Source: Deltaproteobacteria bacterium (GTDB lineage: Bacteria > Desulfobacterota > Syntrophia > Syntrophales > JAAYKM01). From it: DNA of 64,000 bases. Location of the stretch: contig JAAYKM010000047.1 in NCBI GenBank assembly GCA_012522415.1, forward strand, positions 2,915-66,914. Reading direction: 5' to 3'. This document shows, one piece after another, positions 48,642 through 58,284 of the stretch. Numbering within the stretch: the stretch's first letter is position 1; every line of letters starts with the position of its first letter. Below the pieces are notes generated by a model. It searched no databases and was not told the origin of the DNA. It saw nothing but the letters and a program-made list of their open reading frames with translations. A program made the position numbers and the translations under genes.

Positions 48642-50399
48642 TTATTCCCCGGTTCCCTGCGATTCCTGTTCCTCCTCGTTTTCTTCACGAAACTGCATCT
48701 GATAAAGACGATAATATTCTCCCTGCCGTGCAATCAGCTCTTCATGATTTCCCTCTTCGATGATCTCTCCGTTCATGAGAACGGCAATGCGATCGGCCCG
48801 TCTGATGGTGGAAAGGCGGTGGGCAATGACAAGGGTCGTTCGTCCCCGCATCAGATTCTCCAAAGCCGCCTGAACCTCCCTTTCCGATTCCGTGTCCAGA
48901 GAAGAGGTGGCCTCATCCAGAATGAGGATCGGCGCATCCTTGAGCAGAGCGCGTGCAATGGCAATACGCTGCCGCTCTCCTCCGGACAGCTTGGTTCCCA
49001 GCTCTCCGATTCCTGTATCATACCCGTTCGGCAGGTTCATGATGAATTTGTGGGCATGTGCCGCTTTCGCGGCCTCAATAATTTTCTCCTCCGAAGCTTG
49101 AATATCACCGTAGGCAATATTATTTCGTACGGTGTCGTTAAAAAGAAAAGTCTGTTGGGTGACAATACCAATTTGAGCGATGAGGGATTGAAGCGTCACA
49201 TCCCGAATATCATGCCCGTCGATCAACACAGCGCCTTGCTTTACGTCGTAGAATCGCGGAATGAGGTTGGCAAGTGTCGTTTTGCCACCACCGCTCATAC
49301 CGACAAACGCCACAGCTTCGCCGGCGCGGATTGTCAGGTTGATCCCTTTCAGGACCGGGGTCTCCTCATAGGCAAAACTGACATTTCGCAATGCGATTTC
49401 TTTCGTAAGGGGTTTCAGTATGACTGCATTCCCGCGGCTCTGGATTTCCGGTATCGTGTCAATGACGCTGAAAACGCGGGTCGCAGCGGCAATGCCTTGC
49501 TGTATCTCATTGTTGACATTTGTAAGACGTTTGGCCGGCTCATAAATCATCAACAACGCGGCAAGAAATGAAAAGAATGTACCCGGTGTCGTGGCTCCCC
49601 GAATGACCTGATAACCACCGTAAAACACGATAACCGCAATGCCCAAACCGGCAAAAATTTCGATCAGCGGTGAAGATAACGATTTTGTCATCACATTCTT
49701 GATGGCTAGACGGAAAAGGCGCTCATTTTCCCTGCTAAACCTGTTCATCTCATATGATTCCATGCCAAACGCCTTGACGATACGGTTACCCGCAATAGTC
49801 TCCTGAAGTAAATCTGTCAGGCCAGCCATGGTCACCTGAGTTTTCGTCGATATTTTTCTGACTTTCCTCCCGATCAGGACAACGGGGTAAATCGCCGCGG
49901 GAAATGCCACCAGGGCGATTAGAGCCAGCTTCCAATCCCGATAAAAAACCACACCCACCAAGGCGATCAGGGTAAAGGTATCCTTGAATATGTTGGTCAG
50001 GGTATTGGACACCGTGGCGTAAATGAGTCCAACATCGTTCAATACTCTGGAAATAAGCGTACCCGTGGGGTGTTTTGTGAAAAAAGACAGGGACTGAGAC
50101 TGGATTTTCCGATAAAGCAGGTCACGCAAGTCTGCGACGATGCGATTCCCAATATAATTCATCAAGACGTGCTGTACATACTGGGCCGCAGCCTTGAGAA
50201 AATACATAAAAATCACGGCCAGGGGAATCCAGTAGAGACTCTTCTCGTTACGATTGAGAAAAATGTCATCCAGGGCCGGCTTGATTAGAAAGGCCGCTGC
50301 CGCCGTGGCTCCTCCAACCAGAGCCATACAGAACGCCGCCACGATGAATCTCGGAATCTGACCTCGTGCGAGTATTAAAAGCCGTTTATAAACATCCAT
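48642..50399 (-). CDS. msbA: lipid A export ABC transporter (permease/ATPase fusion)
   Basis: 585 aa counted from ATG 50399 (MDVYKRLLILARG...). It has a six-TM domain plus an NBD (GMSGGGKTT, LSGGERQR, ILILDEATS). The lpxK-adjacent position is typical of msbA. Confidence 0.88.
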   Translation of the reverse strand: MDVYKRLLILARGQIPRFIVAAFCMALVGGATAAAAFLIKPALDDIFLNRNEKSLYWIPLAVIFMYFLKAAAQYVQHVLMNYIGNRIVADLRDLLYRKIQSQSLSFFTKHPTGTLISRVLNDVGLIYATVSNTLTNIFKDTFTLIALVGVVFYRDWKLALIALVAFPAAIYPVVLIGRKVRKISTKTQVTMAGLTDLLQETIAGNRIVKAFGMESYEMNRFSRENERLFRLAIKNVMTKSLSSPLIEIFAGLGIAVIVFYGGYQVIRGATTPGTFFSFLAALLMIYEPAKRLTNVNNEIQQGIAAATRVFSVIDTIPEIQSRGNAVILKPLTKEIALRNVSFAYEETPVLKGINLTIRAGEAVAFVGMSGGGKTTLANLIPRFYDVKQGAVLIDGHDIRDVTLQSLIAQIGIVTQQTFLFNDTVRNNIAYGDIQASEEKIIEAAKAAHAHKFIMNLPNGYDTGIGELGTKLSGGERQRIAIARALLKDAPILILDEATSSLDTESEREVQAALENLMRGRTTLVIAHRLSTIRRADRIAVLMNGEIIEEGNHEELIARQGEYYRLYQMQFREENEEEQESQGTGE

Positions 50400-50403
50400 T
50401 TTA

Positions 50404-51072
50404 TTATACCGATAGGAAAAAGTCACAGGTCGAGCACGCCCCTCTGTAGCACGCACCCGCCTTCCCAAGAATAAGTCCGGCCTCCATGAATTCCCTGACA
50501 ACCCTTTGCCGCAAATCCTCGTTTCTGAGTGTGGCCGTTACTTGATCCGCCGTGCGCTTCAGTTCACATCCTTCTACGATAATTCCGAAACAACGAAACG
50601 GCAACGATGCTCAGCAGGTTTCATGTCTATTCTCAACACTAACCGAGCCAGAAAAATCAATCAGTGGAGCAACCTTATAGACGATAACAACCGGTTTGAC
50701 AAGCAGGGACGCCTCGAAACTCACCATATCCGACGCGAAAATCGTGGCGCTGGATATTTTAAAGAACCCTATCGGTGAAACGAACCGGGATACCGGATCG
50801 ATAAACCAAATCGCCGATCATTCCTCAAGACAGCGTATAGGCAATGGGAATCGCAAACTGGGGGGGGTGGCTCTCTGGGTCAGACGGTTGACACAGAAAA
50901 GGATGTCCGACAAGAGGGGCCTGCACCCGCATCTTGAGGCATTCTGTCATCGTCGATACCGCAATGAATGCACTGGGGAATTTGTCCCTCATCGCTCCCA
51001 GCAAAAAAAGAGGCATAAATCACCGGAGGCTTCACTTGGGACCACCGTGACCTTAAAATCCCTGAATTTCAC
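50404..51072 (-). pseudogene. lpxB: lipid-A-disaccharide synthase (lpxB) remnant: internal deletion plus several frame breaks
   Basis: Minus-strand translation gives LpxB-like blocks in different frames:
- KVTVVPSEASGDL at 51072->50989.
- GIDDDRMPQDAGAG at about 50960->50919.
- ISSATIFASDMVSFEASLLVKPVVIVYKVAPLIDF at 50757->50611.
- ..LILGKAGACYRGA.. at 50604->50404.

The span is only about 670 bp, against about 1.15 kb for an intact gene. Confidence 0.6.
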
Positions 51073-51223
51073 CTACAACAAAAAGCCCGTATTCTCTTCG
51101 AGCAACATACAACACGCTTCCGTCACAAATTTAATGGCAAGATGGAACCATTGGGGAGGCTGTGATTCCGGGTTCATTGTGTACAGGCACACCCTGGCGT
51201 CGTCTACCCGCATGGCCATCGTC

Positions 51224-51997
51224 TCAGCGACATGTTCCCCGAGTTGATTCCTTAATAAACTCAACAAACTGAAGCACTTCGGGATAAGCGGGTACCTCGT
51301 TCAGCACTTTGGCGATGGCGTCTTTTCGCAGGAGGGACATACGGAACATGATCCGATAGGATCGCTTCAACGCCGCAATGGTTTCTTCACTAAAACCTCT
51401 GCGCCGCAAACCGATCTGGTTCAGCCCATAGAGTTTCGCGTGATTTCCCGAGGCCATCGTAAACGGCGGCACGTCCTTGTTGACTGCTGAGGCTCCGCCG
51501 ATAATGCAATGGGCTCCGATTCGGGTGAACTGATGCACCCCCGTCAAACCACCGATGATCGCATAATCCTCCACATGGATATGGCCGGCCAGATTGGCTG
51601 CATTCGCCAGTATAACATGATCCCCCAGCTTGCAATTATGCGCCACATGGGAATAGGCCATCAAAAGGTTATGATCGCCGATTAGCGTCACACCGATATC
51701 GGAATCGGTTGCACGATTTACGGTAACAAATTCGCGGATGATATTGTGGTTGCCAATGATGACTTTGGTCTTTTCGCCCCGGTATTTCAAGTCCTGAGGG
51801 TCGCCTCCGATAGAGGCAAACTGGTCGATTTTGCAAGATTCGCCGATTTCGGTCAAGCGTTCGATCACGACATGTGGCCCAATAACCGTATTCATTCCGA
51901 TGCGCACTTCGGGTCCGATCACGGCATAGGGGCCAACCGTCGCGGTGTCATCCACATGGGCATTCGAAGAAACAATCGCTGTGGGATGTATATTCAT
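51224..51997 (-). CDS. lpxA: acyl-ACP--UDP-N-acetylglucosamine O-acyltransferase
   Basis: 257 aa with left-handed beta-helix hexapeptide repeats and the LpxA C-terminal helical domain (..[13 protein letters not shown]...I..LK..YR). Confidence 0.93.
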
Positions 51998-52000
51998 GTG

Positions 52001-53029
52001 TTAGTCGTACCTTTTCTCCAATTCTTCTATTTTTTTCTGCATATCCTGTATCGTTTTACGCATGTCGGGAAGCCTGATCAGTGACGCCATAACCCGCAAC
52101 CAATGACGGTGTGGCATGTGAGGACTTCCCGAGACGACCTGATTGGCCGGAACATCCTCATGAACCCCCGACTGTGCCCCCACCATTACATGGTCTCCCA
52201 GGTTGATATGCCCGACGAGGCCGGCCTGTCCTCCCGTGATTACGCCTTTCCCCAATTTGGTACTGCCCGAAATACCGGTCTGCGATACGATTACGCTATT
52301 CTCGCCGATCACCACATTATGAGCGATCTGGACCAGATTATCGATTTTCGTCCCCCGTTGAATCCACGTTTTCCCTAATGTACCGCGATCGATCGTCGTA
52401 TTCGCTCCGATTTCCACATCATCGTCAATCTGGACGTAACCCACTTGGGGAATCTTCTCGTTCCCGACGCCCGGGCGGGCGAAACCAAATCCGTCACTGC
52501 CTATCACAACCCCGGCGTGGATAATCACCCGACAGCCGATTTGTGTCCTGCGATAGATGGTGACATTCGGATAGATGGTCGTCCCCTCCCCGATCGTTAC
52601 ATGGCGTCCAATATAAACACCCGGATACAGAACAACGTTCCGCCCGATCTTGGCACCCCTGTCAACAGTCACACAAGGAAAGACCGTAACTCCAGGCGAA
52701 ACTTCTGCTTCGGCGCTGATAAACGTATCTTCGGCAATACCGGGGGCACATACCTCCTCCGGATAGAATTCCGCCAGAAGTTTGCCCAGATGGAGATAGG
52801 GATCGGGCACAATGATCAGGGTCTTGCCCGCTGCTTCCGTACCAGGGGGAACAAGGAGTGCCGACGCCTCCGTGGAGGCCAGCCATTCACGATATTTCGG
52901 ATTCGCAACAAAGGTGAGGTCTCCGGTCTTCGCCTCCTCAATGGAACGGATGCGCTCAATCCGGACATCTCCATCGCCGACAACGTCTCCATTAACCAAT
53001 ACAGCGATTTCTTTGACTGTTTTACTCAC
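52001..53029 (-). CDS. lpxD: UDP-3-O-acylglucosamine N-acyltransferase
   Basis: 342 aa with the N-terminal uridine-binding domain, then hexapeptide repeats (..QIAHNVVIGENS..), upstream of lpxA. Confidence 0.93.
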   Translation of the reverse strand: MSKTVKEIAVLVNGDVVGDGDVRIERIRSIEEAKTGDLTFVANPKYREWLASTEASALLVPPGTEAAGKTLIIVPDPYLHLGKLLAEFYPEEVCAPGIAEDTFISAEAEVSPGVTVFPCVTVDRGAKIGRNVVLYPGVYIGRHVTIGEGTTIYPNVTIYRRTQIGCRVIIHAGVVIGSDGFGFARPGVGNEKIPQVGYVQIDDDVEIGANTTIDRGTLGKTWIQRGTKIDNLVQIAHNVVIGENSVIVSQTGISGSTKLGKGVITGGQAGLVGHINLGDHVMVGAQSGVHEDVPANQVVSGSPHMPHRHWLRVMASLIRLPDMRKTIQDMQKKIEELEKRYD

Positions 53030-53058
53030 GATTGCACATCCTGGGCAAAAATCCCGTT

Positions 53059-53595
53059 TTATTTGCCTGCCTTGAACGTCCGATTGAACTCATCCAGCAC
53101 CTTCTTAGTGAGATCGTGCGCTTTGCTCCAATGCGCCACGGGGACGGTGTAAACATCGATAATGAGAGTGTACTTCTCCCTCTCTCCAATATTTTTAACG
53201 ATTTTCATGATTTCCGGAACAAAATCCTTCACCATATCCTGCTGTTTGGCCTGAAGCTCCTCGTTTGAATCCTTGATAAGGATCTGATAATCCCGGAACT
53301 TCTTCTGGTACGTAACCTCCTTATCCTTCAGCACATCGGGCTTCATGAGAGACCGTTGTTTCTCCAGCTCATCTTTCAGTTTCTGCAGTTCTTCTTCCTT
53401 CGCCTGGATGGCGGGTCTGTTCTTATCAACAATTCTTTGGATCTCTCCAATGGATTTTTTCCCCGCTTCCGAATTGCGAATGACCTGATCCATGTCATAG
53501 AATCCGATTTTTTCCTCCGCGGCAACCGGAGCAACTCCCAAGCAAATCAAAAACACGAACAAGAGCGACACGTTCAGTACAGTGATTTTTTTCAT
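53059..53595 (-). CDS. skp: OmpH/Skp-family periplasmic chaperone
   Basis: 178 aa with a signal peptide and a Lys/Glu/Gln-rich coiled-coil body. It sits in the canonical bamA-skp-lpxD position. Confidence 0.85.
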   Translation of the reverse strand: MKKITVLNVSLLFVFLICLGVAPVAAEEKIGFYDMDQVIRNSEAGKKSIGEIQRIVDKNRPAIQAKEEELQKLKDELEKQRSLMKPDVLKDKEVTYQKKFRDYQILIKDSNEELQAKQQDMVKDFVPEIMKIVKNIGEREKYTLIIDVYTVPVAHWSKAHDLTKKVLDEFNRTFKAGK

Positions 53596-53637
53596 ATCAT
53601 TTCCTCCTTTATCTCATCAATTTCCCCAAAAGGCCCC

Positions 53638-56292
53638 TTACTGGAACAGACCGATTGTGAATTCCCATCGACTGGGGGATTCATTGCCTTTTTTATCCAG
53701 CACATACCCCCACTCCAGCCGCAATGGTCCGATGGGCGAGTACCAGCGGATACCCAGCCCGCATGTTTCCCGCATATCCCCGATATCATACGTGCTTTTC
53801 CAGGCATTGCCGGTATCAAAGAATACAACGCCCTTCATACCGGCGCTCTTGACCAGCGGGAAAATATAGTCAAAATTGAAGTTGAGCATGGTCCGGCCGC
53901 CGATTTCATCCCCCGTTATCGGGTCCTTCGGTCCCACATTGCGCAATCCACGCAGGGAATTGATGCCTCCCAGGTAAAAACGTTCATACGTCGGCACATC
54001 GCGAGCGCTGCCTGTCTCCTGAATGTAGCCCGCACGCCCACGGACGGCAAAAACCGTATCGAAAGGCAGAGGATAGAACCACTGGGACGTCACATGATAC
54101 TTGATAAATTTGGCATCCCCTCCCAGGCTGGCATATTCAATGGAACCCGTGTTCTTGGTCCCGGAAGAGGGAAACATGTTGTCATTCGTCGTATCACGGG
54201 ACAGGGTAAACGTCACGCTGCTGATCGTGGTTTTCCCTTTCTGATCCTTGATATTTGTGGATGCCCATTGGGTGACATGGCTCACATCGTCCAGGCTCAG
54301 GCGATAACCGACGGAACCGAAATACTTCTCCCACAGGGGATATCCAAAAGTAAGACCAAAACCCTGGGAGTCCAGGTCGTACTCATCATATTCGCGTTCG
54401 AAGTTCCAGGCATCTATTTTGGACCACAGCGGAATATCAAAGAGCCACGGTTCGATGAAGGAAAGGTTGTAATTGGTCACCTTGGTCCCCAAGCTTGCCC
54501 TCAGGCTGAGGGTCTGTCCCCGACCGAACAGGTTCTGCTGTGAAATACTCGTCGTAAAAACGGCGGCGTCCGCGGCGCTGTATCCGGCCCCGACGCTGAA
54601 CATGCCCGTGGGCTTTTCCTTGACCCGGATATTCACGTCCGTCAGGGACTCATCGGGACCTTTTTCCGTCTGGAAGTCAACTTCTTCGAAGTAATTCAGG
54701 CGGCTGATTCGCGTGTAGCTGTTTTTGAGATTTGTTTTGCTGTAAAGATCCCCTTCAACGATGGAAAGCTGGCGACGGATCACCTTGTCCCGCGTCCGGT
54801 CATTTCCCCAGATATTGATCCGGTTAAAATATACCAGATTATTCTTCGTCACACGATAGGACACATCTACCAGTTGGTCCGCCTCGTGGATATCCGTCAA
54901 GGGGACAACCTCCGCATTGGCATAGCCTTCGTCGTTACATCTCTGGGTCAGGGAATCGATATCCTTGATGATGGCACTGCGGTCAAAAATTTCCTTCTCC
55001 TTCATTTCCAAGCCTTTCAGGAGTACTTCTTTTGAAACCGTCAGGCCATCCCCTTCAATATTCACCTTGCCAATACGGAACTGTTTTCCCTCGCTGACCG
55101 GAACCTTGATATAAATTCCTTTTTTGTCATAGGTAATTTCCGGTTCTCCCAGCTGCGCGTTGAGGTAACCGTTGTTCAGGTAATGGACGGTCACCTTGGA
55201 GACATCCTGTTTCAGCAATTCTCTTTTGAGCAAACCGGAGTCGCTGAAAAAATGAAAGAATCCTTTCTCTTTCGTACTCATCAGTTTCTTCAATTCCTTG
55301 ACTGTAAAGGCCTGATTACCTACAAAACTGATTTTTCTGATGTAGAGGCGTTCATTTTCCCTGATCTGGAACACGACTCGTACATCCTTGTCACCATCCT
55401 TCTCAATCACATCCTCCACTTCCGCGTTATAATAACCCTTGCCGTCGTAAAGGGTCCGGATTTTCTCAAGGTCTTCTCGAAGTTTCTCATTATTCAGAGT
55501 CTGACGGACCTTGAGGGTGATGACTCCTTCGATATCGCTTGTGCTGACCTTCTTGTTCCCCTTGACAACAATTTCAGAGATGAGGGACTTCTCCTGGAGA
55601 ATGAAGATAATTTCCTTGCCTTCCGGAGTGTCCTCTACATCCACCTTGACGTCCTCAAAATAGCCCATCTGGTAAATGGCCCGGATATCGTCTGCGAGAG
55701 TCTCTTCGAAAAAGATCCCGCCCCGCTCACTTTTGATTTTCTGTTCGATGGCCCCTGCACCGATCTTCCGGTTGCCTTTGAATTGGATCCTGCTGATTCG
55801 CTGCACGACATTGATTCTAGCCAGAATGGTCGTTTTCACCTGCTGAATGACGGAGGGCAGGCTTTCCGCCCCCTTTCCCTGAATGGAAAAACCGGGAATC
55901 GTTTTTCTTTGGACGATATCGTAAAGACGGATATCGACGCTGAGGATATTGCCGAATTGCGAAATACTTCCCCCGACGACATAATCGACCCCCAAAGACC
56001 CGCCGATTTCCATGGCCCTGGTTTCGCTGAACGATTCTTCTGATTCAGCGACGGCAGGCATTCGGCTGACTTCAACCACCTCGACCAGTCGGCTCTTTCT
56101 CAACTCCCTGGCCAGGGTGTTGGACACCTTCTCCTGCAGGGCCTGCGGGTCCGAAGGTGCGTGCACCGAAAACGGCAAAAGGGTTATTCTTTTGGTCTCC
56201 TGTGCGTGTGCAACCTGCCGCGACAAGAGAATGAACACCACGAACAGAGCATACAGAATCCCCTGAAAGACCTTCTTCTTATTCACCGGCAT
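53638..56292 (-). CDS. bamA: outer membrane protein assembly factor BamA with an extra N-terminal domain
   Basis: 884 aa. POTRA repeats begin at about residue 165 (ISRIQFKGNRKI...). The C-terminal Omp85 barrel ends ..RWEFTIGLFQ (aromatic-x-aromatic-like terminus). Residues about 31-160 are an additional module; see findings. Confidence 0.92.
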   Translation of the reverse strand: MPVNKKKVFQGILYALFVVFILLSRQVAHAQETKRITLLPFSVHAPSDPQALQEKVSNTLARELRKSRLVEVVEVSRMPAVAESEESFSETRAMEIGGSLGVDYVVGGSISQFGNILSVDIRLYDIVQRKTIPGFSIQGKGAESLPSVIQQVKTTILARINVVQRISRIQFKGNRKIGAGAIEQKIKSERGGIFFEETLADDIRAIYQMGYFEDVKVDVEDTPEGKEIIFILQEKSLISEIVVKGNKKVSTSDIEGVITLKVRQTLNNEKLREDLEKIRTLYDGKGYYNAEVEDVIEKDGDKDVRVVFQIRENERLYIRKISFVGNQAFTVKELKKLMSTKEKGFFHFFSDSGLLKRELLKQDVSKVTVHYLNNGYLNAQLGEPEITYDKKGIYIKVPVSEGKQFRIGKVNIEGDGLTVSKEVLLKGLEMKEKEIFDRSAIIKDIDSLTQRCNDEGYANAEVVPLTDIHEADQLVDVSYRVTKNNLVYFNRINIWGNDRTRDKVIRRQLSIVEGDLYSKTNLKNSYTRISRLNYFEEVDFQTEKGPDESLTDVNIRVKEKPTGMFSVGAGYSAADAAVFTTSISQQNLFGRGQTLSLRASLGTKVTNYNLSFIEPWLFDIPLWSKIDAWNFEREYDEYDLDSQGFGLTFGYPLWEKYFGSVGYRLSLDDVSHVTQWASTNIKDQKGKTTISSVTFTLSRDTTNDNMFPSSGTKNTGSIEYASLGGDAKFIKYHVTSQWFYPLPFDTVFAVRGRAGYIQETGSARDVPTYERFYLGGINSLRGLRNVGPKDPITGDEIGGRTMLNFNFDYIFPLVKSAGMKGVVFFDTGNAWKSTYDIGDMRETCGLGIRWYSPIGPLRLEWGYVLDKKGNESPSRWEFTIGLFQ

Positions 56293-56950
56293 ACACCCTT
56301 CCGTCCCTCAAACCGATGCTTCGGGACATGCGGTCGGCAAGCGACTTGTTGTGCGTCACCACGACCAACGTTACACTTCTGTTTTGGTTGAAATTCAACA
56401 AAAGGTCCTCTACCCTCTTTCCTGTTTCCGTGTCAAGGTTTCCTGTAGGCTCATCAGCCAGCAGAATTTCCGGCTCCATCACCATCGCCCTGGCCAGGGC
56501 CACCCTTTGCTGTTCCCCCCCTGAAAGCTCACCCGGTTTATGGGTCAAACGATGTTCGAGGCCCAGTTCCACCAGAATGGAACGAGCTCTTTTTCGGGCC
56601 TCTTCCTTTGACAAGCCATGAATCAACGCCGGCATCATGGCATTCTCACAACTGGTAAATTCCGGCAAAAGATGATGAAACTGAAAAACGAACCCGATTT
56701 TTCGATTGCGAAACTCGGCCAATTCCCTTTCACTCCACCGAAAAACATCGAAATCGTCAATAAAAAGCCCCCCCGAAGTTGGACGATCCAGGGTCCCCAG
56801 GATATGAATCAGCGTACTCTTTCCGGTACCGGACACACCCAGCACCGCCAGTGAATCGCCCTTTGCGATCTTCAGATCAACCCCCCGAAGCACCTCAATA
56901 CGGTTACCGTCCTTGATGAATGTCTTCGTAAGTCCCTCCACCCGGATCAT
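56279..56950 (-). CDS. lolD: lipoprotein-releasing system ATP-binding protein
   Basis: ABC NBD with GVSGTGKSTL, LSGGEQQRVALARA and LLADEPTGNLD. ATG 56950 (MIRVEGLTKTF) has an AGGAAGGG RBS. It sits downstream of the lolC/E-type permease. Confidence 0.85.
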   Translation of the reverse strand: MIRVEGLTKTFIKDGNRIEVLRGVDLKIAKGDSLAVLGVSGTGKSTLIHILGTLDRPTSGGLFIDDFDVFRWSERELAEFRNRKIGFVFQFHHLLPEFTSCENAMMPALIHGLSKEEARKRARSILVELGLEHRLTHKPGELSGGEQQRVALARAMVMEPEILLADEPTGNLDTETGKRVEDLLLNFNQNRSVTLVVVTHNKSLADRMSRSIGLRDGRVYAGE

Positions 56951-56984
56951 GAACCAACCCTTCCTGTGACCATATTCCAAGGCA

Positions 56985-58265
56985 TTATTCGTATCTCAGC
57001 GTTTCCGCCGGATCCAGCCTTGAGGCCCGCCACGACGGATAGATGGTGGACAACAGGCTGATCAGGAGCGTCCCCAATGCAATCAGCGCCACGTCTCCAT
57101 AATGGACCCGGGAAGGCAGTTCAGTCAGATAATAGACATCGCCGGGCAGAATTTTGAATCCGAAAAGCCGTTCAATGAAAAGTGATATCCGAGATAGATG
57201 AAGCGCCACGGTTACGCCAAGCGCGCATCCCAGGGAGGTGCCGATAAAACCTATGGTTACCCCCTGGAAAATGAAAATTTTCATGATTCCCTGCGAACTG
57301 GCTCCCATGGACTTGAGAATAGCAATGTCCCGGTGCTTTTCCATGACGACCATGATGAGAGTTGTAATGATATTGAAGGCCGCGACGAGGACGATCAGGC
57401 TTAAGATGATCGCCATGACCCGTTTTTCCAGTTTCAGGGCGGAAAAAAGGTTCTTGTTCATCTCCATCCAGGTTCTGACCCAGTAGGGATACCCGAGTTT
57501 TGCCTTGATGACGCCAGCCAAGCGGTCGGCTTCATAAATATCCGCCAGCCGAATCTCGATTCCCGTAACCAGGTCGCTCATGTTGAGAAACGCCTGAGAA
57601 TCCGGAAGGGACAGGAAAATCAGGCTGGCATCGTATTCGTAAAATCCCGAATCAAAAATCCCCACGACCAGGAATCCCTTGATTCGGGGAACCAGCCCCA
57701 TGGGCGTCGAAATTCCCATGGGAGAAATGATGCTGACTGTGTCGTAAAGGCCCAAGCCCAGGTTCTTCGCCAGCTCCTTTCCCAAAACCACTCCGGGCAG
57801 GTCCTTGAGGGCTGCCTCGACTGGAAGGGCAAACCGATTTCGGTCGGACAGGTCATCCATGCTGCCCCCGTACATCCGATTGATCTGGAGTACCTGGCCG
57901 GCACTTTCCACATCGATTCCACGAATGACCACACCACTGACACTGGCCCCGCTTTTCACCATGCCCTGGCCATAGATGAAGGGGGTCACCCCGACAACCC
58001 CTTTGACACCCTCCAGTGCGTCCTGGACTTGTTCATAATTCCGCATGGCGCCGCTGTACTCCATCAGGACCAGATGGGCGTTGACTCCGAGAATTTTGTT
58101 GCGCAGATCCGTCTCAAACCCGTTCATGACGGCCAAGACAATGATCAGTGCCGCCACACCGAGCAGGATTCCTGCGATGGAGATAAAGGTGATAATCGAG
58201 ACAAAGACCTGTTTCCTCCGAGCCCGAAGATATCTCAGGCTGATGAACAGTTCATAGGAATCCAT
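56985..58265 (-). CDS. lipoprotein-releasing system permease (LolC/LolE, FtsX-like)
   Basis: 426 aa with the MacB/FtsX topology (TM1, a large periplasmic domain, three C-terminal TMs) and the N-terminus ..ISLRYLRARRKQ.FVS.I.. Confidence 0.85.
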   Translation of the reverse strand: MDSYELFISLRYLRARRKQVFVSIITFISIAGILLGVAALIIVLAVMNGFETDLRNKILGVNAHLVLMEYSGAMRNYEQVQDALEGVKGVVGVTPFIYGQGMVKSGASVSGVVIRGIDVESAGQVLQINRMYGGSMDDLSDRNRFALPVEAALKDLPGVVLGKELAKNLGLGLYDTVSIISPMGISTPMGLVPRIKGFLVVGIFDSGFYEYDASLIFLSLPDSQAFLNMSDLVTGIEIRLADIYEADRLAGVIKAKLGYPYWVRTWMEMNKNLFSALKLEKRVMAIILSLIVLVAAFNIITTLIMVVMEKHRDIAILKSMGASSQGIMKIFIFQGVTIGFIGTSLGCALGVTVALHLSRISLFIERLFGFKILPGDVYYLTELPSRVHYGDVALIALGTLLISLLSTIYPSWRASRLDPAETLRYE

Positions 58266-58284
58266 TAACGGACCACCCCGCGGT

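Noticed and set aside
50696-51247. A 183-aa plus-strand ORF in the lpxA-msbA gap.
   Set aside because: It runs opposite to the whole operon and has no motifs. The minus strand here carries recognisable LpxB fragments, so the ORF is a by-product of the decayed gene.
51997-52001. Absence of fabZ between lpxD and lpxA, considered as a possible deletion scar.
   Set aside because: The lpxD stop and lpxA start are separated by only 3 nt with no remnant sequence. This looks like a native arrangement, and fabZ is probably encoded elsewhere.
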